In this document: positions 13,241-26,500 of the stretch, in pieces
Layout of the letters: every line of letters starts with the position of its first letter
Position numbering within the stretch: position 1 is the stretch's first letter
Source of the DNA: Asterias rubens
Taxonomy: Eukaryota
Assembly (NCBI RefSeq): GCF_902459465.1
Contig: NC_047074.1
Location: forward strand, 806,001-870,000
DNA: 64,000 nucleotides
Reading direction: 5' to 3'
Made by a program: the position numbers and the translations under genes
The notes under the pieces: model-generated
Told to the model about the DNA's origin: nothing
Seen by the model: only the letters and a program-made list of their open reading frames with translations
The model's database searches: none

Positions 13241-14528
13241 GCCCTGGCTTTGGATGTATATAACAAAGGCATTAATTGACTACATTTAAAATATAGGCTT
13301 AATACATGTTTATGACCAGTACGGCCAACGCGTAATTGTGTTCAGTGTATAGGAACCTTTTACAACAGAGCAAATATTCCGAAATAAATTAGACTTTCTT
13401 CGCCGTCATAATTGACCAGGGTTCTGATGAAGGTATACTTTTTCTCCAAACCACGGAGCCGCAAACCAAATAAAGAGCGCGTCCCATAGCCGCGTTCGGT
13501 TACACCAATTGCCGGTCTGAGGTTGGGAACCCAAGCCCGTCGTTTCCTCCCTGTTCGCCCCAGCCCCGGAGCAGCCGGAGGTTTCATGCTACTCGACCTG
13601 TGCCTCGCAGTAGCCCCCCATTGCTGGCTTAAAGTGGCACCACACTTTGGGTGTCCATAAGACACTATAGACATATTTAATAATTTGTAGTTGTGTGGTT
13701 ATATTGAACGAGAACGTGTTTCACTTTAAAGGCTGGGAAGAATTGGTATGTTCGCAGCAATGAATGGAATATTGTATGATAAATACATTTCATTTTCAGG
13801 GGCATGATAAGATTTGCCAATAAGGGGACTTCAGTCTACTTTCTGCGTTTCCTTCCCTTTTCTTCACGAACTCTTCGTGTTTCTTTCCCTTATTTGTTAT
13901 CTCCAAAAAGACATTACTTATTTTCAACAGAATAGAGGGTGCAGAAAGTAAAGCAATCATCTCAGGGGTCTTATTCAATAAATAACAGTTACAATGTTCA
14001 TACTCAGTGAATTGTCAACTTTCATTCAAAAAATAAACCCGGGTTGAACAAAGTTCATCAGACCAAAAATGATAACAAAACATATCCGCTGCATCCAGCT
14101 TGACATTAAAACTACGACCATGAATTGAACAAAATAAATACAAGAAGGAGCAAACATTTTCCATATAACTCCATCCGTGACATTCAAAACTTAGGTAAAC
14201 ATGTCCATTGTCCACTCAAATTTCAAAATGTGTTCCTTTAAAAAGTGCAAGAGGGGTTTGAGCTCGCAATCAGATCCCTACCGAGGGGGATAGAAGCTCG
14301 GGATACCCCCGGGACAAGAAGCTGTCTTCACCTGCCCAACTCCCCTCAACAAATATTTTGATGTTGAAAAAGGGCTTTCACTTCTTTTTCATTCTTCCTC
14401 ATGTTCTTGTGATTTTATTTATCAGAGGAGACAAAATGACCTCACAAAACCCGAATGGAGCTGTTTTCAGTTATTTGACAGTAATAGGAGGGCGTTTTTT
14501 TAAGTTTTGAAGGTAGTGTACAGAAATG

Positions 14529-14657
14529 TTCGCAAATATTCGGTATGCGCGCTTCAGGCATGGAATGAGGTGCATGCTGGTCTAGCTAGCGATCAAGTTT
14601 GACCAGCATGCACCTCAATCAATAATTGTAAGCGCTTGCGCAATGGGTGTTTGCGAA
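14529..14657. repeat. Small foldback element with a perfect 17-bp inner stem
   Basis: TGAGGTGCATGCTGGTC (14566-14582), an 18-nt loop, then GACCAGCATGCACCTCA (14601-14617). Outer inverted pair TTCGCAAATA (~14529) / TGTTTGCGAA (~14648-14657). Confidence 0.7.
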
Positions 14658-15188
14658 AAGGTATATTTCGCTCTACCAGTCCGGCCACTATAGTGGAAGG
14701 TACCCATCCCTACATCCTTACGGACTGTGAAGGCGATAACCCTTGTTCACTATTATCAAACTAAAGTAATTCAAGAAAACAGTGCTCTAAAAATGAAGAT
14801 TTTGCATGAAGCCAAACACGAACACACGCACATTACAAAGGTTGATATTTGATATAGGTCGTTTGCTGTAGGAATGAAAATTCAGGGGTTGAGAATGGAA
14901 TAGATTAAGTGTTGGATCTAACTATGTTACTGGGTCAGGTTTGCCCTGTCTAACTCACCTCCTCTAAGTGTGTCCCTGACCAAGATACCAGGGGTGCATA
15001 CATTATTTATTACTCTTTATGCTGAATATATTTGTGTCGCTGATTACTTTTGTGAGCATCCTATAGTTTATACCATCGAAAATGTTGAAGTACCTTCATT
15101 TTCCTAAAAGTACTTTCTCAATAATATTCAGGTCCTTTCTGACTTGGTCAAGGTCAGCTAGAAACTTATTGAGTCGGTGTCCGGGTGA

Positions 15189-15412
15189 GTCAGGTACTTT
15201 CTGGCAGTGTTCAGGTACCTTCTGGCAGTGTCTAGGTCAGATACTTTCTGATAGTGTCTACAGGACAGTAAGATACTTTCTTGTGTCTATGTACTTTCTG
15301 GTAGTGTCTAGGTCATGCACTTGTTGTTAGTGTTTAGGCAAGTCAGTTACTTTCTGGCAGTACCTAGATAAGTCAGGTCCTTCCTGATAGTGTCCAAGTC
15401 AGGTACATTTCG
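15189..15412. repeat. Irregular minisatellite, ~20-29-bp unit
   Basis: About 8-9 recurrences of the core GTCAGGTACTTTCTGGCAGTGT(CTAG). Confidence 0.7.
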
Positions 15413-17520
15413 TTTCATGTCTTGACACTGATTATTAAGTAGTTCACACAAAAATAAAACGGAAATGGGCAGCAAGACACGTAGATGGAGGGATTATGAT
15501 GAGGATTGCGCGGAAAACCCGATGGTAAAATGACAACCAAGGAAAGGACATAATGGAAAGAGTCTAACATGCACATGTACACGGTAAAGGTAGAAAATAA
15601 CTTGTCATCTTTAAGGCATGACCGACTCTGTGGTTACAAAAAAAAACTCACAGATATTCTCAAACTGCAATTAAGTCATTCTTCCAATTTAAACTTTGTC
15701 TCATCCACATGCCAGCATCGACTGACAACACAGCTGTACACGAACGCACCGGCAAAAGTGGTGAAGAGAAAGAAAAACAATGTCCCCGTCTCAAGAATGA
15801 ATCCGCGTCTGATCGGCGAGAGATCCTGTCCCTCAGACCATCTTGAGAGACCCTTGTGAATCGAGTAGGTCCTTGAAAATGGATCGAGAGACCGCGTGAA
15901 GAAAAACACCTCGGCAAGAGCTATTATACAGAGCGGTAGATCACTACCCATCCACGGTCAGTCGTCGGGTGTGCTTGACTACTTCTGATGTGGCGACAAG
16001 TTACACCCGTCTTAAATGTCCCGTAAACGGCTCAATGATTGCTATCCATCGATAGATCTATATTTCAGCTGTGTTTGAAGATCACGGTCGTCTCTTTGTA
16101 GGAATGAAAGAAGGCCATTTCTCTCACCAAGAAGGTTTCAAATAGAGATCAGAAACAGGTTATGGTCACCGACTGATTGGATCTATAAAGTAAACAGCAT
16201 TCTGATGTAGGATTTTAGATTTGTGCATGGTGGAATTATAATTAGGTGAGGTTTGCAGTATTAACACCAAGTGAAACTATTGTGATAAAACAAATAGCCA
16301 TTGGCCCGTGGTCCAGTTCATCAAGCTGACTTACAACATAATACTCTGTAGAGCAAACTTATCTGCAAAGAGGGAAGGGACCATTATTTTGCTGTTTTAC
16401 CTTTTTTTTTTTTTTTCTTTTTTTTTTGAGGGGGGCGGGGGGGTGCAATATCCACTCCTTGCACCGCCTTGGTGCTACAGTGCAATACGGACATACAGTA
16501 TGTTGCTTTGCTTCGGATTAAAGACATTTATAAGGTCACCCCTGTATTGTCCCCATGTGACAGCTGGAGACCTTCTCGCTGACCCTACCAGTGCCCACCA
16601 AGTACACCCAGCGGCAAGATTAACGGAACTTAGTAGGCGGAGTAGCCGGAACCTGAACCCCGGTGTATCGGATTCAAAGGACGGGTTAATAATCAGACAC
16701 TTTCCTGGTCAAACCCGAAACCGGATAAGAAATCTGAAGAGAGGAGGCCTTTGCCATCTGGTGTGGTCAGTAGGTGGAGAGTCAAGTTGTGGTTACTTTG
16801 TTTCCAACTGTGTTAGAATATTAGGTCATGATATTATACATCACATCATGATTTACCTGTACTTGGTTTTTAAATAATGCGTCCTGACCTAAACAATAAT
16901 GATATTTCTACGAGTAGATTATTCCAATCATCTATTATAGACCTTATGACAAGTTCCAATAAAATTAAAATTTCTCTCATAGAAGTGCCCCGTGCCAGAG
17001 GAGAATTGATGTGCCTATTTAAGAATGAAAATAAAGAAATACACTGACGTCATAACGCCGCCATCTTAGAGGTGAAACGTTCATCAAACAATGGGAAAAC
17101 ACACGTACGCGCCTTGCACAGAATGGACCAATGAGCAACCTTCCTCTGACCCCTTTAGCCGAGGGCGCCTAACTCAAATGACGTTATAAGGTCTATATCA
17201 ACGGAAACAACATTCAAGTACCTTTGACATTTCATCAAATGGGGTTGTGTCAAAACAACGTTAAACGGTGTATGTTTCTTGAGGTTTTTCTTTTGGCTTA
17301 TTTCTTTTGGGGCAACTGCAATAAGCAAATAGGATCACGGTGTGTGTACTGTCATACCCTTGACAATTATAGACGGAGCTATTTCTCTGGAGGACTAGTA
17401 GGCTACTTGTTGTTTTTATATTCAGTTACCTTTGTGATGGAAGCTATTATTGTTTTGGTAAAAAATATGATACCAATCCTATATTTTGTCTTTCAGACCA
17501 AGGGATGGTAATAACTGTAA

Positions 17521-17712
17521 AGTCCTGAAGATTAGTAGAGTATACTGGTTGAAACGTCAAGACAACAGCTCTTCTCAAAGCCAACACTCCCCAAAAGATT
17601 TACACTTACAGAGTATGTTCGAAATGTCGAGACCACACCGGCTCTTCTTAGAGCCAACACTCCTCCCAAAAGAGATTTACAAAACAGTTGTACCCGCAAG
17701 TCTACTACTAAG
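17521..17712 (+). mobile_element. Degenerate partial-tandem copy of the hammerhead-bearing (Penelope-like pLTR/retrozyme-type) family
   Basis: CTGAAGA...GAGTATACTG..GAAACGTC at 17525-17558. A second partial copy follows (CAGAGTATGTTCGAAATGTCGAGACCACACCGGCTC...GAGCCAACACT), then the family tail AGAGATTTAC...GTTGTACCCGCAAGT shared with 47164-47276. Confidence 0.75.
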
Positions 17713-17719
17713 AGTTTAA

Positions 17720-18084
17720 AGACACTGACGCTATTGGTAATTGTCAAAGACAATGCACTTGCTGTATCTCAACAAATGCATAAAATAACAAACATGTGAT
17801 AATTTGAGCTCAATCAGTCCTCGAAAGTGCGAGATAATATTGAAAGAAAAAATACCCTTGTTACACGAAGTTGTGTGCTTTCAGATTTCGAGACCTCAAA
17901 TTCTAAATCTGAGGTCTCGAAATCAAATTTGTGGAAAATTACTTCTTTCTTGAAAACTACGATACTTCAGAGGGAGCCGTTTCTCACAATGTTTTTTACT
18001 ATCAACAGCTCTCCATTACTTGTAACCAAGTAAGTTTGTATGCTAAATTTTTTGTTGAGTAATTACCAATAGTGTCCAGTGCCT
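17720..18084 (-). mobile_element. Kolobok-type MITE, family K (full length)
   Basis: TTAA at 17716-17719 and 18085-18088; ~22-bp TIR AG(A/G)CA(C/G)TGGACACTATTGGTAA; internal hairpin TTTCGAGACCTCA...TGAGGTCTCGAAA. Homologous to 40082-40459, 29117-29276 and 56527-56822. Confidence 0.85.
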
Positions 18085-19505
18085 TTAATGGTATACTATC
18101 CTAACCATTAATGCGCAGTTTTCGATATCACTCTTTATTCAGTCCATCAATCGAAGCTCAAGTTAATGATTATTTAATGTTACACCATGAAGGAAACTAA
18201 ACATTACCTCAATTCCTATACGATCAAAAAAAGTGAATTTCTTTACCTTCGTTTGAAGTTCATAAAATTCGATCTTTAGCTTGGTTTGTTTGAGCACATA
18301 TCTATGATCATGAAATGCAAACAACCAAAACCTTTCAGTCAATATTTAAACCGGGCTTATAATAATGCTGGACAAATCGAGTGTTATACAAAGATGAATT
18401 TGCCAATAAATGGAGGGGAGGGAGCACTAATTGACAATCATAATGTTCATTGAGCCGTCATCTTTTAAATGGATTTCCCTTCATAAACAGACTTGCATTT
18501 ATGGGTTGATTTGGGCATTTGTTTTATGGTAGAATGGAGATCTTGTTTTCAACACACAATAAAAGGTTTGATCGTCGTTGTATTTTCAAGGCCTCGAAAT
18601 ACATCCAGCACCCACATCCAGCAATTGCCTTGCTGCCCTGTGCTTTTGCTATGGTGCCGTCTGCAAGGTTCCAATACAACCTTACATATCCCCAAAGTGG
18701 TGCCCCTTAGCAGAGGAAGATGGCTGTACCCCTTCAAGACTGAAGTTCAAGGCCTGGTATTCAACACAATATCTGATATATTTTCACTTACTTTGGATCC
18801 AAAGTAAATTTTTGTCTGCAACTACCGCTAGTGGTATATTGAACCCATTAGTGAGTATATTAACTCAATGCTCCATTGGGAAACGAATTCTTAATATAAT
18901 TGTTGTTTTATGAAACAACAATGCTCGCGTTCTCGACCGAAGTATAATTATTTCAAATCAAGTCCCCCCCCCCCCGGAGTTACGCAGTGTTCAACAATTA
19001 GGAAAACCAATTAACTGATTGCATTTTGCTTTCGAAGATGAACAAATCTTCAAGAGATACCATATCTTATCTATAAGAAACACAATGATATACCATTTTC
19101 TCCACAGTGCACATACAGACATAAGCTTCATTTCACATCCCAGCATAAGGTTAAACCATATCAAAAATCTTTGTTACAAATTTCATTACTTCATCTTTTT
19201 ATAGATTGATGACGGAGGGAATATCCTAAAATAACTCGACTTTGTCATTGAGATTGGCTAGAAATGTTGTGAAATTGGCGGCCATTGCATGGTAGTCCTT
19301 CCACGTTTCTCACTGATTAAACTTTACAGGAGGGAGGCCGAAGCAGTACCTCTAAACAATAGGTTGTTAATTGAAATATATCCCCATCCTATTGTTTTAT
19401 ATTATTAAAATAAATCCATAAAATCCAAGCAGTTATTAACATCGCTGGTACAATTTCAGTTAAACAACGAAAGTATTCATATTATTTTTAACTTGCTCCA
19501 TTGAG

Positions 19506-19850
19506 CTTTTTTACATTTGTTTATGCAAGCTTGCCCAAAACAAGGCTAAAAGCCACTCTAGGTAAAGGGCTACAAGGAAGAAAACACAGAAATGTAGTAA
19601 CTCAGTGGAGCTAAAGGTAGGAATTGATATTCCTCTTGAAACATGGCAGTTCATAGGATGAAGGGAAACATGCACCAGGCAAGGAGTTCCAAAGAGATGC
19701 AGTACGAGGGAAAAGCTACTATGGAATAGCTCTTGATTGTGTCAATTAAAATAAGCAAGATTGATGTGAGGAGTTATCTGTGGAATAACTAGACATTTTC
19801 ATTTGGGGAAGAGGCAAAGCGGGAGCAAAGACACATGTGCCATCTCTCTT
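19506..19850 (-). mobile_element. 3' end of a CR1-group LINE (decayed ORF2 C-terminus plus 3' UTR)
   Basis: With one frameshift the minus strand translates to S-F-(F)-PRTASLWNSLPGACFPSSYELPCFKRNINSYL* (~19614-19718), the typical CR1/L2-group 'SFFPRT..LWNSLP' terminus. It is followed by CCTTGTAGCCC...AGTGGC...AGCCTTG and an A-rich tail. Confidence 0.8.
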
Positions 19851-22800
19851 AACTTTGATAGTAGTTTGGATAGGAAAACGTCAATGAAGCATTGGTACTG
19901 GTATAACAAGAGCTAACAAATGCTGAGCAATCCACCCCCCAAAAAATGTATTTTATGTGAATAAATTCTGAACTTTTTTTAAACGACAATAACTTATGAG
20001 AGCCTGAACATTTTCTGTACAAACCAAGCATTGCTCCTCTTAAACCAAGTCGATGTCAGATGGTTGTGTGTCGACTTGGTAACCCCCACCCCCCCCTCCT
20101 TCGACGCCCAGACCAAACTCCTCTATTACCACTTCGTTGGCAGCATTCTCATCTATTATACAGGCTGGAATAATTTCTCATCACACTATTTTCAGTTTGT
20201 TTTAAGTGTATGAAGAATTTGCGGACTAGTTTATCCTACAGCTTTAAGATGATGTCGTACTAGCAATGAGGTTATTTGGGGTGATTGGCAAGGCAAGCAG
20301 GAGAACCTTTAAACATGAGAAGTAAGAAAGGATGTTTACATGAAAATGTCTGCGCGTAGGGGAGCACCACGAGGGAATCTGATACGGGGTTCCCGAAGCA
20401 CAATGACGGCAGGCTCGCTCTCCCACCCCGAGTGTGTCACCCCGGTGAAAACAGACACCGGGAGTAGTGGTCTCAATCCAGGGTGTGCTAGACCGCAGCT
20501 AGCGCCCGCTGCCGGGCGCAGTCCCGGGTCATGTGAAACCACTGCACACGCGATAGCCTCCAGATATTGGTTTTCTCGAGTCTCTGACAAACCCATGTTT
20601 TGAAGACCAGGCAATCTCTCTATGCCGAACTATAGCACTACTGTCCAAACTGCTTTCTGCTATTGTTGAGGGTCGGTTGTGACTGCACTTAACTGCTTGA
20701 TAATTATGAGTATTGGACGGTATTGCTTATTCAACATTGTTGTTTTTTGGCATACAACGTGAATTATGCTACCTGTGACATTAACCTGTATTACAAACAA
20801 ATCACGACATTGCCAACTGAACTGGAACAATTTTAACATCGCAATCTTCACCCCTTTTAGTGTATGATGCATAGATTCGTAATCCGTAATTTGATAAAAC
20901 AAAAGGTGCGTTACACCACGCAATGTGAATAAATTGTTGCAAACAGTTTTAAAGTATGTAGAATAAAATAAGTTAAATTGTAAAGCTAAACATTGATAAT
21001 GTTTTATTTTTGCTTTTAGTAGGGCCTAATGAAGGTGACAGCTCGACGGATTTGTTTCTAGGGTAAATAAACCATAAGGGAGAAAGGCCCTATACTGCTT
21101 TGGTTAAAGACTTCTTACAAAACAATGTACCATATTGATAAAAAGTCCAAACAGAATTTCAAAAAATACCTACTTGGAGATTGTGCCTTTTATCGTTTCT
21201 TATACCACCTCCAGCTGTACTTTTTAGGAGAATGAAGTTTAAAACTTGTTTAAAACTTCAACACAGGCTGAAGCTAAATGACCCCAGCCTGACCCTTGAA
21301 TTAAAAATGGCGCCCGCCGGGTACCAATCAACTACACCTATTACTTTTAAATTACTCTACGCCTTAGCACCACCTTGACAGTTGATTCTGAGTATTTGAG
21401 AAAGGTATAGTTTCTCAAGAAAAAAAAGTAAGGTAGGAATTTAGAAGTACAAGTTCAACCGCGTGACGTGAACTCAAAGTTTCCTGCAGACGAGAAGTGG
21501 GTATTTATTGACTTTAGTCCACGCACAGCGAGCCATGTACATAAACTGCCGACTGGATTATCGTCTCTTCGCCAATAACAATGACTTGGGTTTCTAAACA
21601 AAGACTGATACAGGAGATATGTTTAGGGCCGTATAATTGGTTATAACAAATAAAAGGAAACGTGAAATACAAACCTTCCCAAATGCAAAGTTCAAGTTAA
21701 GGGTAACTCTCATCTCATTTGGTTGACAACATTACTCTTAGCGTTCAGAGTAAAAAACAAGCATTATAACTGAATACAAGACATATAATGTATAATGATA
21801 GAAGGGGAAATGGCCTCAGCTTTTGATTCAGACCGGACCATCGTCATATAGTCATAGTAATTACAAACTAAAACATATTAATTTCCAGCAAAAATGTATA
21901 ATAAACAACTGTTTACTCGCATTGCGGTGCGTTGAAATACATCATCTATGCTTAAATAGAAACACAACCATTTATTTTCAGGGAAACAAGACGCTTTACA
22001 CATTTCTGACAACTTCTCCGTTTTCAGAAAACGTAATTTTCCCTCACAAAACACTCGCAAAGAGTAACACCTAGATATAGAAAGATAGACATAACGTATC
22101 CTCAATCCAACGTTAGTGTAATCATGACAACTGCAAAACTTAAGCTGCAATTTTGAACACCACGCAGTGGTGTCTTCATTGCACGTTTCAGTACTCACAC
22201 AGGTGTTTTTAAAAATATACATTTTGCTCGTAGCAGAACAAAGACAGAAACTATAGAAACATTACATTGACGATAAAAGAGATAAGCAATTGTTTTACCC
22301 CTACTCCAGCCTCCACCAACCTCTTCTAACCTACATCACAAATTCATTCCTCTCCCCTTGTAATGGCGTTCAATACAGGCACAAAACACCACCAGAATTT
22401 CGTCATCATGCAGCCGACACAAAAACGCCATGTGCACACTTCCCCGTCCCGCCATAATCAACAAACATTTAGGTCAACATAATAAAATTTCCCTCAGAAT
22501 TTTTAGTATCTTCTTCTGTGGTCGTCTTGTAGCACACCGGTGTCAAATAACCAACCTCACAATGAAATTAAAAAGAAGGGGGGAAAATAGACATCGGTTG
22601 CTTGTAGAAATCGGTCCCTGGCTTCAACTATCAATACGGGGTGTACACACAATAAGGAACCGTGTTTTAGCTGTGATGTATGTGTAGGTATTCGATGACA
22701 AACTCCGGGGTTTGTCAGTGGTAGGGTCGCAGTATCGTATGACATTCGTTCCGGATAGAGAAGATCGAAGACCTCTAGTTCCTTATTGAGAACAGCTGAC

Positions 22801-22925
22801 TTGCGAGGACGTAGAAAATCTATTTCAATGATGATTTTCATCTCATAATTAAGATGATTTATCGTACTGTATGAATATGCAGCATGGTGTTATGCGTGGC
22901 AAGGCAACTTGGCATTCTTTCATCA

Positions 22926-23516
22926 CTGGACATTTACATGGGTTTGTACAGTAAAGTTAGTTTGCTATTGGACACTGGACATTCACATGGGTTTATATAG
23001 TAAAGTTAGTTTAATATTGAACATTGGATATTGACATGGAGTTTGTGCAGTAAAGTTAGTTTGATATTGGTCATTGGACATTCGCACGGGTTTGTACAGT
23101 AAAGTTGGTTCGATATTTGATGTTGGACATTCACAATGGGTTTGTATAGTAAAGTTAGTTTGCTATTGGTCACTGGACATTCACATGGGTTTGTACAGTA
23201 AAGTTAGTTTAATATTGAACATTGGATATTGACATGGAGTTTGTGCAGTAAAGTTAGTTTGATATTGGTCATTCGACATTCGCACGGGTTTGTGCAGCGA
23301 TATTGATATTGGACATTCACAATGGGTTTGTATAGTAAAGTTAGTTTGATATTGAGCATTGGACATTCACAGATGTGTGTACAGCGAATGTCATAGTTAC
23401 TTTTTCAATATTAAACATTGGACATTAACGATGGGTTTGTATAGTCAAGTTAGTTTGATATTGGACATTGGACATTCACAATGGGTTTGTACAGTAAAGT
23501 TAGTTTAATATTGGTC
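22926..23516. repeat. Minisatellite, ~49-50-bp unit x ~12, with a higher-order 4-unit duplication
   Basis: Unit TTGGACATTCACATGGGTTTGTACAGTAAAGTTAGTTTGATATTGGACA. Diagnostic variants of units 2-5 recur in the same order in units 6-9. Confidence 0.9.
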
Positions 23517-26500
23517 CGCTATTGTAATTTGCACTTGCATTGTTAACAATATGTTTGTGTGCAAATAAATGAATTGTTTTTTATTGTAAGTATCTGGTTG
23601 CATATCACTGTGACATTTATTGGTATCAATGTGCTCAAATAAAACGTCACTTTCCTTGTTGGTATAGTAAAATTACTTTAAAAAATTGGATATAATATGC
23701 GGATTAAATTTGTTTAATTTTAGTAAGGGCTATCACCAATTAAATTCACAATAATACTATTTTTCCTGAAGAGACTGAACATTCTCGTTTACTTTTTAAC
23801 TCTCGTAATATATAAAAAAAAAAATCCCCCCCCCCAAATTGTATTATCATCAAACAGCAAACTCATTGAGATTTTGTTTTCAATGTCAACCACCAAGGCC
23901 ACGGTTATGTAAGAAAATCATCTCCTGGGGACATCTTCCCCTCTCCCTTTAAAATTCTCCAAGAGTGAAGAAAAAAAAACAAGACAAAAATCTTGCGAGA
24001 AATTGATTCCGGGCTTGTAATTGTTTAACAGCGACAGCGTGTTGAAACCAGTGCCGTTGTTCATCGCTTTCCTCCCCGGGGCTTTCGCAAACAACTCGCT
24101 CAGTTTCCTGGCAATCAAACAAAATATACCAGGATTTTTTTTACCGTTTCTCCCTTTCTTAAACAAGAAAGAACAAATCATATTGCCCGCACCACGTCGA
24201 CGATTCAAAATTCCTTTCTTTCTTCCTCTCTCCCTTTATTTCATTTTAAATATTATTGAATTTGAGCGTCTACACGGGTTTTTTTTTCTCTCAAAGACGA
24301 AATTGTTTTTCCCCAAAGGGAATCTGGAGAGAGTACCGATGGTGTTTTAACCCCAGAGGGCCTTCTAAGTGAAGGTAAATTTTCTGACCTTGAAGTATTT
24401 TTACACATATTTAGTGAAGAAAATACTTGAGTGTACTCACTGGTCAGCTAATACGATCTTAGCTTCAGCAACTATGAATGAGATTTGAAAGTGAACAACA
24501 AAGGGTGTGCTTTGTGACCTTTTCTGTCGATAGATTTATAGAAACCTTCCGATTAACTTAACATCTTAAGTTTCAATTAAGAGTTTATTTCAAGACGATG
24601 TATTGGCAGATGACATCCGGGCACACCATGAACAATAAGACGCTGGTTCAAGACAGATGAATGAACAATAAAGAAAAGTATAGTGACACTTCCACAACCT
24701 TTTATCTTTGCTGGAGTTTTTCCAACTGCATGACAAGCTTGATTCCGCCTATCCATTGTCACCCAACTAAAGTAACAACAAAAAACAAAAAACTCAAAGA
24801 CTTTATTATGTTTAATCTGAAGCATCAATGGTTTCCTTGTTTAATGTATGAAATGATATAGGTATTGGATTGTGAACCAATGTAAGAACTCCACTATACA
24901 GATAAAAAAAATAACTGAATAAGTAAACAGTTCCCGGTTCACCATTCATATCTATTCGACCTATTTATTGACACAAGTAGGCTATTATTTGATGTTTATT
25001 TTGTGTACACCTCGAACATACAATATGAGGTGCATGTTATCAAAATGGGGAGGAGGGGGGGGGGGCTTTATAGCAAAAGTGAACTCCTTAGCAATAAACA
25101 CGCGATCGTGAACCCATTAAATATTACTCAATAACCTCAGGAGTCACGGCATTCCTATAAAAAAAAAAATCAAAATCTCAAAAAAATCACAATATCTGAG
25201 GAGATTTAGCCAGTGAAAAGAAGATATCCGGAGCAAGAGATTTGTAAAGGATTGATTTGAAAGGAATATTAGAGTGGTGGTGGGCAATTCCTAATACAGA
25301 GACTCGAACAAAAGCATTCTACCGTAGTTACTGGAAATAAATGGACAAGAACCCATCGGCCCTGCCTCCAAGCAGTCATCGTAAAACCTGCCCAGGCAAT
25401 TCCGTTCCCGCTCCACCCCTTGTTGTTGTCTCTCTCGGTCGTCCTTACCCTTAGCCTGTCCATCGCTCGGGCGGCAGTTCAGAAAAGAAAAAAGGGGGTA
25501 CCTTAAGTGGTTTTTAATGGCCTAAATCGAGAGGCGAATTTAACGCAACGAATTTAAACGTGGCGCTATCACGGTAGGTGATACACAACGGGGGAACAAC
25601 TTCTCTCGTCCGGGGTGTAGCGAAGCGTACATGCCGCAGTCGTGGTCGATCCCCGCCTGGCCATTTACCAACTCATTTGCTCTTTGTAATGACAATTAAA
25701 CATCTCCTCACTGCTCACTCTATCCCAACCCCCTGACAGTCCTGCCTTTTTCCCCCATCCATGTCTACCATCACCTCCCATAATTTCTGCATCTAGTGAA
25801 ACACCACATTGTCAGGCATTGTGTTCAGCTACACGCTAGATTTACCCCGCAAGTGTCCACGAGTACATTCCGTACTAATTCAACAAGGCCCAGTCAAAAC
25901 TCAAGTCTGCAGGTCCAATTTTTGAAGCACGACAGAAAAATTGACTTTCAATAACACCTTCGTTGCTTTTCAATTTGCTGATATTATTATCATACTTGAT
26001 TTCCCACTGCCAGCGTGCAAACTATAGACACAAAAATTACAGGGAAGGAAAATCACAAACAAGGAAGGAATTGCAGAAAGGGTAACTTTTTAATCGAATT
26101 ATAATTTGTTAGTTTCTCGTCTTGAAAATCTACACGTTTAAAGAGTAACACGCATATTAATATTGAACAAAGCCCATTCTTTTAGAAATGTGTAAAATAT
26201 TAAATTACAGTTTGGGTATTCTTCTTTTCTGCATATTAATGAAATAATTAACTGCCAACTCAGTGTGTTACACAAAATAATAATTGTCAAAGATGCAGAA
26301 GATTTATCAGGAAAACTTCAAAAATACAAAGCAATGAGGATAAAGTATACTGGTAGTGGTGGTTTATATTTTCAAGATATTAACTCTGGGATAAGAAAAG
26401 CAAAATATAGTTTCTCAGGGAGATATCAAGAATTGAATTCAATATAATACGGCAAGTTTCCATAATCAGGGAGATTTTCATTTTTTTGCATCAAAACAAA

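Noticed and set aside
13420-13460. CTGATGAAGG...CCAAAC hammerhead-like motif
   Set aside because: G12 is missing and there is no stem III, cleavage triplet or stem I.
15676-15951. 91-aa hydrophobic minus-strand ORF (membrane-protein-like)
   Set aside because: No recognisable family, a stop two codons upstream of the ATG, no clear splice signals, and overlapping ORFs of similar length in other frames.
16308-16877. 189-aa ORF
   Set aside because: It reads through poly-T and poly-G tracts and repeat fragments; the composition is not protein-like.
20044-20080. 10-bp hairpin ACCAAGTCGA/TCGACTTGGT
   Set aside because: A stem this short with a long loop is expected by chance in 64 kb.
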